From positions 3,356,497 through 3,388,496 of the forward strand of contig NC_003902.1 in assembly GCF_000007145.1 (NCBI RefSeq): a DNA stretch of 32,000 nt, given 5' to 3'. Below, piece by piece: positions 18,482-26,749 of this stretch (position 1 is the stretch's first letter; every line of letters begins with the position of its first letter). Below the pieces are notes generated by a model, which saw only the letters and a list, made by a program, of their open reading frames with translations, was not told the origin of the DNA and made no database searches. The stretch comes from Xanthomonas campestris pv. campestris str. ATCC 33913 (GTDB lineage Bacteria; Pseudomonadota; Gammaproteobacteria; Xanthomonadales; Xanthomonadaceae). A program made the position numbers and the translations under genes.

Positions 18482-19477
18482 ATGCGACACCTTGCCTGCT
18501 CTCTCGCCTTGGCGCTGGCCTGTGGCCCGCTGATGGCCCAGGAGGCCAGTTACGGCCCCCGCCTGGAAGGCTTTGATTACCCCTATCCAGTGAAAACCTA
18601 CGCGTTTACGTCGCAACAGCAGGCGCTGGAGATGGCGTACCTGGATGTTGCGCCGACGGGCAAAGCCAACGGGCGCACCGCCGTGCTGCTGCACGGCAAG
18701 AACTTCTGCGCCGCCACCTGGGAGCAAACCATCGCCGCACTGAGCAAGGCCGGCTACCGCGTGATCGCGCCGGACCAGGTGGGCTTTTGCAAATCCAGCA
18801 AACCGGCCGCGTATCAGTTCTCGTTCGCACAGCTCGCCGACAACACGCATGCCCTGCTGCAGAAGCTCGGTCTCCAGCGCGCCGTGGTGGTTGGGCACTC
18901 GATGGGCGGCATGCTCGCGATCCGCTATGCACTGATGTACCCGCAAGCGACCGAGCACCTCGCGCTGGTCGACCCGATCGGGCTGGAAGACTGGAAGGCC
19001 GAAGGCATTCCGTGGCGCAGCGTGGATGCTTGGTACGACAACGAACTGAAGATCAGCTTCGAGCGCATCAAGAAGTACCAGATGGACGTGTACTACGCTG
19101 GCCAATGGAAGCCGGAATTCGAGCGCTGGGCGCGCATGCAGGCCGGTATGTCACTGGGCAACGGCAAACAGGCCGTGGCGTGGAATCAGGCGCTGACCTA
19201 CGACATGGTGTTCAATCAGCCGGTGGTTTACGAGCTGCCCAGGCTCGCCGTGCCAACCACACTGTTTATCGGGCTTAAGGATCGCACTGCCATCGGCAAA
19301 GACACCGCACCGCCAGAGGTGAAGGCGCGCGTGGGCGATTACACCAAGCTGGGCAAACGCGCCGCCGAGGCCATTCCTAATGCCACGTTGGTCGAATTCG
19401 CCGACCTGGGACATTCGCCACAGGTGCAGGATCCGGTGCGTTTCAATGCCGAATTGTTGAAGGCGATTTCCCGCTAG
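18482..19477 (+). CDS. secreted alpha/beta-fold hydrolase
   Basis: Signal peptide MRHLACSLALALACGPLMAQE, oxyanion-type LLHG, nucleophile elbow GHSMGG, and a C-terminal GH (ADLGHSP). GGAG lies 7-10 nt upstream of the ATG. Confidence 0.85.
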   Translation: MRHLACSLALALACGPLMAQEASYGPRLEGFDYPYPVKTYAFTSQQQALEMAYLDVAPTGKANGRTAVLLHGKNFCAATWEQTIAALSKAGYRVIAPDQVGFCKSSKPAAYQFSFAQLADNTHALLQKLGLQRAVVVGHSMGGMLAIRYALMYPQATEHLALVDPIGLEDWKAEGIPWRSVDAWYDNELKISFERIKKYQMDVYYAGQWKPEFERWARMQAGMSLGNGKQAVAWNQALTYDMVFNQPVVYELPRLAVPTTLFIGLKDRTAIGKDTAPPEVKARVGDYTKLGKRAAEAIPNATLVEFADLGHSPQVQDPVRFNAELLKAISR

Positions 19478-19753
19478 CGAGTTGCAGCGCGCAGGTTCTG
19501 ACATGCGCGCCGCCAGCCAGCTCCAGGCGCGATCGCCACGCCCCTAACACCGATTGGGAACACGTGGTTTCGCGCGCAAATCTAGCTCTGTCGGAAGCAT
19601 TCCACGGGGGCTGCCTGCGGTCACCCACGCGCTGCCCCAGCTTGCACGCACCGCAGGAGCCGTTAGCGCAGCGGCGACACCGCATGGGCCGAACCGCAGC
19701 ATCCTTCGCACGCGACAGCACCAACAAGGCGTCGGGTGCGAAGCACCGCAACC

Positions 19754-20842
19754 TCAGCCAGCAACGATCCGCAACACATCGTCCAGCAACGCCGCCGCGG
19801 TCACTTCGGCACCGGCGCCCGGCCCTTGAATCAACAGCGGCTGGTCGCGGTAGCGATCGCTGCTGATGGCGACACGGTTATCGGTGCCCGCGCCGCCCGC
19901 CAGCGGGTGGTCCAGGGCCAATTCGCGTAAGCCCACGCTTGCCCCATGCCCGTCCACGCGGCCGACGAACCGCAAGCAGCGGCCGGCGGCGCGGGCCTGC
20001 TGCCAACGCGTCTGCACCAGCGCATCGAGCGTTTCCAGGTGCGCGTCCACCGCCTCCGGCGCCACGGACGCCAGCGCGGCAGGCACCAGCGATTCGACAT
20101 GCACCTGCTCGGCTTCCAGCGGTTGCCCGGCCGCACGCGCCAGGATCAGCAACTTGCGGCGCACGTCCTCACCGGAGAGATCGATGCGCGGATCGGGCTC
20201 GGTGTACCCGGCCGCCATCGCTTCGCGGACGCACGCCGAGAACGGCGTACTGCCATCGTAGCGATGAAACAGCCATGCCAACGACCCCGACAACACCCCT
20301 TCGATCGAATGAATCTGGTCGCCGCCGGCCACCAGTGCACGCACGCTGCTGAGCAAGGGCAGCCCAGCACCCACGGTGGCACTGTCGCCGTAATACGCGC
20401 CGCTGGCGTGACGCGCGGCATACAGGTCCTGCGCACGCGACAGTGCCGTGCCCTGGCCCAGCTTGTTGGCGGTCACCACATGCACGCCGCGGGTCAGCCA
20501 TTCCACGTGCCAATCCGCCACCACGTCGCTGGCGGTGGCATCCACCAGCACATCGCCGGCGCGCAGCGCAGTGGTTTCTGCCCACGGCTGCAGCTCCGCA
20601 CGGCCACGCGGCGCTGCGTTGGCCAGCTGCAGCGCCTGCTCCGCGCCGGCACCACAATCGTGCGCAATGCGCGAGTTGGCCAGCCAGTCAAAGCGCGGCA
20701 GGCGCAACTGACGCTGCTGCAAGGCGGTATAGCGCGTCACGAAGGCACGCCCGACCGTGCCGGTGCCCAACAGGGCGAGCCGCGGTGTGGGCGTCACGGC
20801 AGCCACCGGCGCACGGCGCGAGACAGGCAGCACGGTGCTCAC
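19754..20842 (-). CDS. hom: homoserine dehydrogenase (stand-alone, resembles the C-terminal domain of ThrA/MetL; no ACT domain)
   Basis: Contains LLGTGTVGRAF (NAD fold), VVTANK, and GAGLPLL...IEGVLSGSL...GYTEPDPR-DLSG-DV-RKL. The GTG start at 20842 overlaps the metB stop (GTGA). Confidence 0.85.
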   Translation of the reverse strand: MSTVLPVSRRAPVAAVTPTPRLALLGTGTVGRAFVTRYTALQQRQLRLPRFDWLANSRIAHDCGAGAEQALQLANAAPRGRAELQPWAETTALRAGDVLVDATASDVVADWHVEWLTRGVHVVTANKLGQGTALSRAQDLYAARHASGAYYGDSATVGAGLPLLSSVRALVAGGDQIHSIEGVLSGSLAWLFHRYDGSTPFSACVREAMAAGYTEPDPRIDLSGEDVRRKLLILARAAGQPLEAEQVHVESLVPAALASVAPEAVDAHLETLDALVQTRWQQARAAGRCLRFVGRVDGHGASVGLRELALDHPLAGGAGTDNRVAISSDRYRDQPLLIQGPGAGAEVTAAALLDDVLRIVAG

Positions 20843-22056
20843 GCGTCGACCTGTTTGCGCGCGACCGCGCTCACCGCGGCTTCCGCACGCGCCAGGCCGG
20901 CGCGCAGATCGATCAGCAGATCCTCAGCGGATTCAATGCCCACCGACAGCCGCAACAAGCCATCGGAAATACCGGCCGCAGCGCGCGCTTCGGCGGTCAT
21001 CGCCGCGTGCGTCATCGAGGCCGGATGCGCGATCAGGCTCTCCACGCCGCCCAGCGATTCGGCCAGGGTGAAATAACGCAGCCCGTCGACGAACGCACGC
21101 ACCGCCGCCTCACCGCCATTGAGCTCGAAGCTGATCATCGCGCCGAAGCCCTTCTGCTGGCGCGCCGCCAGCGCATGGCCAGGATGCGATGCCAGCCCGG
21201 GGAAATACACCTGGTTCACTGCCGCGTGTTCGTCCAGCAGCACCGCGATCGCATCGGCGTTTTCCTGGTGCACCCGCAGGCGGGCATCGAGCGTGCGCAG
21301 CCCGCGCAAGGTCAAAAACGCGTCAAACGGCGAACCGGTCAGGCCCAGCGCGTTGGCCCACCACACCAGCTGCTGGTGCAGCTCCGCATCGCGCGCGATC
21401 ACTGCGCCACCCACCACATCGCTGTGGCCGTTGACGTACTTGGTGGTCGAATGCAGCACCAGATCGGCGCCAAATTCCAGCGGCTTTTGCAGCGCCGGAG
21501 ACAGGAAGGTGTTGTCCACCACGGTCAGCGCGCCCACCTTGTGCGCGGCCTCGATGACAAAGCGCAGATCAGTGATGCGCAGCAACGGGTTGGACGGGGT
21601 TTCGATCAGCACCAGCTTGGGCGACTGCGCCAATGCATCGGCCAGCGAGCGCGGGTCGGTGAGGTCGGCGGTGATCAGGGCGAAATGGCCCTTCTTGGCC
21701 AGCGCGTTGAACAACCGCCAGCTGCCGCCGTAGGCATCGTGCGGCACCACCAGGGTGTCGCCGGGCTGCAGCAAGGCATTGAGCACCAGGTTGATCGCGC
21801 CCATGCCGGTAGAGGTGATCACGCCGCCGGCGCCGCCTTCCAGTTCGGCCAAAGCTTCGCCGAGCAGGTCGCGGGTGGGGTTGCCGCTGCGGGTGTAGTC
21901 GTATTGGCGCTTGTTGCCGAAGCCGTCGAAGGAGAAGTTCGACGACAGCACGATCGGCGGCGTCACCGCGCCGTAGGCGGTGTCCCGGTCGATTCCGGCA
22001 CGGACGGCGGCGGTGGCAGCGCTACAGGGCGCGTCGGCAGGGTCACGAAAGCTCAT
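20839..22056 (-). CDS. metB: cystathionine gamma-synthase / O-succinylhomoserine (thiol)-lyase, PLP-dependent
   Basis: Contains Cys/Met-metabolism PLP family motifs (YTRSGNPT, GMGAI, ETPSNPLL, and STTKYVNGHSDVVGG with the PLP lysine). ATG 22056 overlaps the metX stop (ATGA). The 665-aa ORF-track entry is an artefactual 5' extension. Confidence 0.9.
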   Translation of the reverse strand: MSFRDPADAPCSAATAAVRAGIDRDTAYGAVTPPIVLSSNFSFDGFGNKRQYDYTRSGNPTRDLLGEALAELEGGAGGVITSTGMGAINLVLNALLQPGDTLVVPHDAYGGSWRLFNALAKKGHFALITADLTDPRSLADALAQSPKLVLIETPSNPLLRITDLRFVIEAAHKVGALTVVDNTFLSPALQKPLEFGADLVLHSTTKYVNGHSDVVGGAVIARDAELHQQLVWWANALGLTGSPFDAFLTLRGLRTLDARLRVHQENADAIAVLLDEHAAVNQVYFPGLASHPGHALAARQQKGFGAMISFELNGGEAAVRAFVDGLRYFTLAESLGGVESLIAHPASMTHAAMTAEARAAAGISDGLLRLSVGIESAEDLLIDLRAGLARAEAAVSAVARKQVDA

Positions 22057-23084
22057 GCGGTTTCTCCGGTCGTGCGAAGGGCAGTGGTGAGGATCGCGTC
22101 GATGCGATCGATTTCTTTGAGGAAGGCGTCGTGGCCGAAGGGCGAGCGCAGCACGCGTAAACTGCCGCGCGGGCCCAGCCCTTCGACCAGGCTGACCAGA
22201 TCGGCCAGCGGCACCAGGCGGTCGCCTTCCACCGCAACCACCACCGTGGGCACGGCGACCGCGGCCGGGTCGATGCGGTGCAGGTCGATGGACTCGGACA
22301 GGCGCAGATAGGCGTTCACCGGCGTGCGCGCCACGTATTGGGCGCCAGCGGCATCCAGATAGTCTTCGGCGGCCACGCGCACGCGGCCATTGATCAATTC
22401 CGGCGGCGCATCGAAGCGCTCGCTGAATTCTTCCGGGGTGCGGTAGCTCAGCATCGCGAACTGGCGTGCCAGGGCGAGCCCGTGGTGCTCGGCGCATTGC
22501 AACTGGCCAAGCGCCACCGCGCGCCGCTGCAGGGCACGCCATGCGGCGGCATACGGATGGGCGCGATGCGCACCACTCACCGCAACCAGCGTGTGCAGAC
22601 GCGCCGCATGTCGGCTGGCGAATTGCAGGCCGACCAGCGCGCCGTAGGAATAACCGACAAAACCGTGCAGGCGCGCGATGCCCAGCGCATCCAGCAGTGC
22701 GGCGATTGCATCGGCTTGGTCGGCGGTGTCGATCGGCGCATCCAGGCTGCCGTCGGCCCCGAGGAAATCGAAGGCCAACAGTCGGCGCGACGCGGGATCC
22801 AGCGCGCGGCCGGCACCGACCAGCCCCTCTACCCAACCTTTCTCGGGAAATACCGCGCTGGCAGCGAGATGGCGATGGGCTGAAATGCCGCCCGCCACGA
22901 ACACCACCGGCGCCTGCTCCGCGCCAACCAGTTCGTAGCGCAGGCGCAGCTCGCGTTGGCCGGCGTGGCGCATCGGTAGATTGATGACGAGCTCGCCGCG
23001 CACGGCAGGCGGGGCGTCGCTATCAGCGGCGGGCGTGTAGGTGTCAGCGGTGGTGAGTGGCGATGCTGTGGTCACGAGGCTCAT
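22053..23084 (-). CDS. metX: homoserine O-acyltransferase, MetX family (acetyl- or succinyl-transferring; specificity is not decidable from the sequence)
   Basis: Alpha/beta-hydrolase MetX fold with nucleophile elbow GYSYGA, D in EGDRLVP, H in FGHDAFL, and operon context with metB and hom. The start is set at ATG 23084 (MSLVTT...). The in-frame ATG at 23162 lies inside the riboswitch P1 helix and is unlikely to be used. Confidence 0.85.
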   Translation of the reverse strand: MSLVTTASPLTTADTYTPAADSDAPPAVRGELVINLPMRHAGQRELRLRYELVGAEQAPVVFVAGGISAHRHLAASAVFPEKGWVEGLVGAGRALDPASRRLLAFDFLGADGSLDAPIDTADQADAIAALLDALGIARLHGFVGYSYGALVGLQFASRHAARLHTLVAVSGAHRAHPYAAAWRALQRRAVALGQLQCAEHHGLALARQFAMLSYRTPEEFSERFDAPPELINGRVRVAAEDYLDAAGAQYVARTPVNAYLRLSESIDLHRIDPAAVAVPTVVVAVEGDRLVPLADLVSLVEGLGPRGSLRVLRSPFGHDAFLKEIDRIDAILTTALRTTGETA

Positions 23085-23157
23085 GGCGATATCCGGGGTG
23101 GATCGGCCATCGAGCTTCGCGGGAGCTCGCGTTCGACGTGCAGAGGGCACGATTCGA

Positions 23158-23275
23158 ACCATCTTTCGGCGGACGCGGAGGTCCCCGCAGGATTTGGCAC
23201 CAAACGCGGGCGCTTGCGCGCTCCGCTGGCTGCCCCGGCATCAAAGGGCCTGTCCCTCCGCCGGTCTCGATGGTG
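23158..23275 (-). promoter_or_regulatory. SAM-I (S-box) riboswitch aptamer in the met operon leader
   Basis: The minus-strand RNA reads CACCAUCGAGACCGGCGGAGGGACAGGCCCUUUGAUGCCGGGGCAGCCAGCGGAGCGCGCAAGCGCCCGCGUUUGGUGCCAAAUCCUGCGGGGACCUCCGCGUCCGCCGAAAGAUGGU. It carries the invariant SAM-I core (AUC-GAGA, GGNGGAGGGA, GGCCC, GAUG, GGCA(A/G)CC, GGUGCCAAAUCCUGC, GAAAGAUG), a P1 helix ACCAUC/GAUGGU, and a P3 helix capped by a GCAA tetraloop. Confidence 0.85.
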
Positions 23276-23280
23276 AGGCT

Positions 23281-23309
23281 ACGATGCCACCGCCTTTTTG
23301 CGATGTCAA
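23281..23309 (-). promoter_or_regulatory. candidate sigma70 promoter of the riboswitch-metX-metB-hom transcript
   Basis: On the minus strand: TTGACA (23309-23304), a 17-nt spacer, then CATCGT (23286-23281), which matches only the A2 and T6 positions. The predicted start is a few nt before riboswitch P1, and an AT-rich stretch lies immediately upstream. Confidence 0.35.
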
Positions 23310-23415
23310 TCTCTTCATGCGGATGGAAAGATATATTTTCATCCGATACCACCTGGCCGTGATGGACCGCATACTTGCGCCCCTCTCGCCCGACCTCGAC
23401 TGCAGTCGCTCGCCC

Positions 23416-24306
23416 ATGCTTCGTGCCGCCGTTTCCGCCGTCATCCTGCTGTTGTGCATCCCCGCGGCACCGGTCGCCGCGCAGCAGCGCTGGCATTGGC
23501 CCGGCGCAGCGGCAGTGGGCGCAACGCCACCTGCAAGTGCGTCGCAACGCGCCGAAACCGCCGCCGCGCCGGGCCCGGCCCTGCAGCTCGAATGGCAGGC
23601 ACCGGTGTATCTGGCCTGGGCCGTCAATCCGCTGGACGGACCGGCCGAAGTGCGCCTGAGCGCACCGCCCAGCGCCGACTACCGCGCCGTGCCGCAGCTT
23701 CCGTTGGTGCAGTCGCTGGGCGCGCGCGAACGGCGCCTGCTGGCCCGCGTGTATCCGGTCAGCCAGCGCAGGACACTGGACGGGCTCGGCCTGCGGCTGG
23801 AGGTGGTGCCCGGCGACCCGCAGGCGCAACTGCAGGAAGCGCGCTACCAGCTGCCGTTCCGCGACGTGCCGATCCAGGTGGACCAGGGCTATGGCGGCCA
23901 GTACAGCCACAGCGACGATCCCAACTGGTATGCCATCGACTTCGCCCTACCCGCCAATACCCCGGTGCTGGCTGCCCGCGACGGCGTGGTCATGGAAATC
24001 CAGCAAGGCGCCGAGGAGGCCGGCCCGCATGGGCCGGACGCCGGCGGCGGCAACCTGGTGCGCCTGCTGCACGCCGACGGCAGCATGGCCATCTACGCCC
24101 ATCTGGCTCCGGCGGGCGTGCTGGTGCACCCCGGCCAGCGCGTGCGCAGCGGCGAGCGGCTCGGCAGCGCCGGCAGCACCGGCTTCAGCACCGCGCCGCA
24201 CCTGCATTTCGCGGTGCAACGCAATGTCGGCCTGCGGCTGATCTCGCTGCCATTCCGGATGAGCGGCCCACAAGGCGAGCTGCACTTCCCCTCGCCCGCG
24301 CCCTGA
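23416..24306 (+). CDS. secreted M23 family metallopeptidase (LytM/lysostaphin-like)
   Basis: Signal peptide [25 protein letters not shown]23 motifs are [12 protein letters not shown] (HxxxD), [10 protein letters not shown] and [12 protein letters not shown] (HxH). An alternative start at ATG 23362 is possible. The ORF-track start at 23041 overlaps metX and the riboswitch and is rejected. Confidence 0.85.
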   Translation: MLRAAVSAVILLLCIPAAPVAAQQRWHWPGAAAVGATPPASASQRAETAAAPGPALQLEWQAPVYLAWAVNPLDGPAEVRLSAPPSADYRAVPQLPLVQSLGARERRLLARVYPVSQRRTLDGLGLRLEVVPGDPQAQLQEARYQLPFRDVPIQVDQGYGGQYSHSDDPNWYAIDFALPANTPVLAARDGVVMEIQQGAEEAGPHGPDAGGGNLVRLLHADGSMAIYAHLAPAGVLVHPGQRVRSGERLGSAGSTGFSTAPHLHFAVQRNVGLRLISLPFRMSGPQGELHFPSPAP

Positions 24307-24314
24307 CGCGTGCC

Positions 24315-24350
24315 GCCAGCGCCAGCCAGGCGCCCTGGGCTACCGCTGGC
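24315..24350 (+). terminator. compound GC hairpin after the M23 peptidase gene; possible terminator without a U-tract
   Basis: The outer stem is GCCAGCG (24315-24321) with CGCTGGC (24344-24350). The inner stem is CCAGG (24326-24330) with CCTGG (24334-24338), loop CGC. It starts 9 nt after the stop at 24306. Confidence 0.3.
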
Positions 24351-24373
24351 CGGCGCACCGAAGCCGCTATAAT
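24345..24373 (+). promoter_or_regulatory. candidate sigma70 promoter of prfC
   Basis: A perfect TATAAT at 24368-24373 lies 48 nt upstream of the prfC ATG, and a perfect -10 is rare in this GC-rich background. The -35 region (around 24345-24351, CTGGCC) is weak. Confidence 0.35.
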
Positions 24374-24421
24374 CACCGGCTTCCTCAGTTTCCACAGGCG
24401 TCCGACCGGGCGCGCCCCCTC

Positions 24422-26026
24422 ATGTCCGAAGTCTCCAACGAAGCCGCGCGCCGCCGCACCTTCGCCATTATTTCCCATCCAGACGCCGGCAAGACCACGC
24501 TGACCGAAAAGCTGCTGCTGTTCGGCGGCGCGATCCAGATGGCCGGCTCGGTGAAGGGACGCAAGGCTGCCCGCCACGCCACCTCGGACTGGATGGCGCT
24601 GGAAAAAGAGCGCGGCATCTCGGTGACCTCCTCGGTGATGCAGTTCCCGTACGAGGACAAGATCGTCAACCTGCTCGACACCCCCGGCCACGCCGACTTC
24701 GGCGAGGACACCTATCGCGTGCTGACCGCGGTGGACTCGGCGCTGATGGTGATCGACGTGGCCAAGGGCGTGGAAGAACGCACCATCAAGTTGATGGAAG
24801 TCTGCCGCCTGCGCGACACCCCCATCATGACCTTCATCAACAAGCTCGATCGCGAAGGCAAGAACCCGATCGACCTGCTGGACGAAGTGGAAACGGTGCT
24901 GGGCATCCAGTGCGCCCCGGTCACCTGGCCGATCGGCATGGGCCAGCGCCTGAAGGGTGTGGTGCATCTGATCACCGGCGAGGTGCACCTGTACGAGCAG
25001 GGCCGCAACTTCACCCGTCAGGACTCCACCATTTTTCCCTCGCTCGATGCACCGGGTCTTGCCGAAAAGATTGGCACGCAGATGCTGGACGAACTGCGCG
25101 AGGAGCTGGAACTGGTGCAAGGCGCCAGCAATCCGTTCGACCTGGATGCCTACCGCGCCGGGCAGCAGACGCCGGTGTTCTTCGGCTCGGGCGTCAACAA
25201 CTTCGGCGTGCAGCCGTTGCTGGATTTCTTCGTCGAGCACGCACCGCCGCCGCAGGCACGCGATACCACCGGCCGCCGGGTCGAAGCGGTCGAGCCCAAG
25301 TTGAGCGGCTTCGTGTTCAAGATCCAGGCCAACATGGACCCGCAGCACCGCGACCGCGTGGCGTTCATGCGCGTGTGCTCGGGCAAGTTCACCGCCGGCA
25401 TGAAGGCATTGCACGTGCGCAGCGGCAAGGACGTGAAGCTGGCCAACGCGCTGACCTTCATGGCCTCCGATCGCGAGATCGCCGCCGAAGCGTGGCCGGG
25501 CGATGTGATCGGCATCCACAACCACGGCACCATCTCCATCGGCGATACCTTCACCGAAGGCGAATCGCTGTCGTTCACCGGCATTCCCAACTTCGCGCCG
25601 GAATTGTTCCGCCGCGCACGCCTGCGCGACCCGCTCAAGCTCAAGCAGTTGCAGAAGGGCCTGGCACAATTGTCCGAAGAAGGCGCCACGCAGTTCTTCC
25701 GCCCGCTGATGAGCAACGACTTGATCCTCGGCGCGGTCGGTGTGCTGCAGTTCGACGTGGTGGCCTACCGGCTCAAGGACGAGTACGGCGTGGATGCGAT
25801 CTTCGAACCGGTGAGCGTCACCACCGCACGCTGGGTGCACTGCGACAACCCCAAGAAGTTGGAAGAATTCCGCGAGAAGAACGCCGGCAATCTGGGCATC
25901 GATGCGGCCGGGCAACTGGTGTATCTCGCACCCACCCGGGTCAACCTGCAACTGGCCCAGGAACGCGCGCCGGACGTGCGCTTTTCCGCAACGCGCGAAC
26001 ACGCCTACGCCACGGCGGTCGATTGA
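24422..26026 (+). CDS. prfC: peptide chain release factor 3 (translational GTPase)
   Basis: [29 protein letters not shown] (G1), DTPGHADF (G3), NKLDR (G4), and full-length similarity to RF3. Confidence 0.95.
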   Translation: MSEVSNEAARRRTFAIISHPDAGKTTLTEKLLLFGGAIQMAGSVKGRKAARHATSDWMALEKERGISVTSSVMQFPYEDKIVNLLDTPGHADFGEDTYRVLTAVDSALMVIDVAKGVEERTIKLMEVCRLRDTPIMTFINKLDREGKNPIDLLDEVETVLGIQCAPVTWPIGMGQRLKGVVHLITGEVHLYEQGRNFTRQDSTIFPSLDAPGLAEKIGTQMLDELREELELVQGASNPFDLDAYRAGQQTPVFFGSGVNNFGVQPLLDFFVEHAPPPQARDTTGRRVEAVEPKLSGFVFKIQANMDPQHRDRVAFMRVCSGKFTAGMKALHVRSGKDVKLANALTFMASDREIAAEAWPGDVIGIHNHGTISIGDTFTEGESLSFTGIPNFAPELFRRARLRDPLKLKQLQKGLAQLSEEGATQFFRPLMSNDLILGAVGVLQFDVVAYRLKDEYGVDAIFEPVSVTTARWVHCDNPKKLEEFREKNAGNLGIDAAGQLVYLAPTRVNLQLAQERAPDVRFSATREHAYATAVD

Positions 26027-26047
26027 CCGCCACTTGAATCGCCACAA

Positions 26048-26065
26048 GCCAGCGCCACCGCTGGC
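26048..26065 (+). terminator. hairpin after prfC, weak terminator candidate
   Basis: GCCAGCG (26048-26054), loop CCAC, CGCTGGC (26059-26065), followed by GATGCGATTTGCG, which is only a short T run. Confidence 0.3.
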
Positions 26066-26101
26066 GATGCGATTTGCGCGCGGTTACGGTACCTTTTGGG
26101 C

Positions 26102-26746
26102 ATGAATGCAGATGCCCCCCCCTCCACCGACCTGCGCGATGAAATCGCCAGTGCGGTGACCCACGGCCTGGGCGCGATCGCCGCACTGGCCGGTGGCTCG
26201 GTCCTGATCACCCTGGCCGCGATCTACGGCGATGGCTGGCAGCTGGCCACCACCATCGTTTTCAGTGCCACGCTGATCCTGCTGTATGTCGCATCCACGC
26301 TGTTCCATGCCATCCCGCACGTGGGTGCCAAGGCCCGCCTGCAGGTGCTCGATCACTGCGCGATCTATCTGCTCATTGCAGGCACCTACACGCCGTTTAT
26401 GCTGATCAACCTGCGTGGGCCATGGGGCTGGAGCCTGTTCGCTGCGATCTGGACCATTGCCGCAGCGGGCGTGATCTTCAAGCTGTTTTTCACCGGCCGC
26501 TTCCGGCTGTTGTCGACCATCCTTTACCTGGCAATGGGCTGGCTGATCATCGTGGCGATCAAGCCGCTGCTGGCGGCGGTCGACACCTGGTCTCTATGCT
26601 GGCTGCTCGCCGGCGGGCTCTTCTATACGTTGGGCACCTACTTCTACCAACGCGACACGCAGCGCTATTTCCACGCCATCTGGCATCTGTTCGTGCTCGC
26701 CGGCAGCGCTTGCCACTTTGTGGCGGTGACCGCGCAAATCGTGTGA
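26102..26746 (+). CDS. hemolysin III / PAQR family 7-TM protein (YqfA-like)
   Basis: Seven hydrophobic segments with family motifs (SA-THG, STLFH, LDH-AIY-LIAGTYTPF, HAIWH-FVLAGS-CHF). I prefer ATG 26102 to the TTG at 26096 used by the ORF track. Confidence 0.9.
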   Translation: MNADAPPSTDLRDEIASAVTHGLGAIAALAGGSVLITLAAIYGDGWQLATTIVFSATLILLYVASTLFHAIPHVGAKARLQVLDHCAIYLLIAGTYTPFMLINLRGPWGWSLFAAIWTIAAAGVIFKLFFTGRFRLLSTILYLAMGWLIIVAIKPLLAAVDTWSLCWLLAGGLFYTLGTYFYQRDTQRYFHAIWHLFVLAGSACHFVAVTAQIV

Positions 26747-26749
26747 CCG

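Noticed and set aside
19946-22311. 376-aa and 622-aa ORFs on the + strand
   Set aside because: They are antisense to hom, metB and metX. Their composition is Arg/Ala/His-rich with no motifs.
22057-22836. 5' extension of the metB ORF (the 665-aa ORF-track entry)
   Set aside because: The extension runs through metX in another frame and encodes Arg/Gly/Pro-rich sequence. PLP-family similarity begins at MSFRDP (ATG 22056), which forms an ATGA overlap with the metX stop.
23160-23162. ATG 23162 as the metX start codon (ORF-track start)
   Set aside because: This ATG is the conserved AUG of the riboswitch GAAAGAUGG segment, the 3' strand of P1. The 26 extra codons would be translated from the expression platform. 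ATG 23084 is the more plausible start, although its Shine-Dalgarno sequence is weak.
23041-23415. Long N-terminal extension of the M23 peptidase ORF (ORF-track start 23041)
   Set aside because: It would overlap metX, the riboswitch and the divergent promoter. A good signal peptide starts at ATG 23416, with ATG 23362 as an alternative.
24185-26047. 620-aa ORF on the - strand
   Set aside because: It is antisense to prfC, which is a shadow-frame situation.
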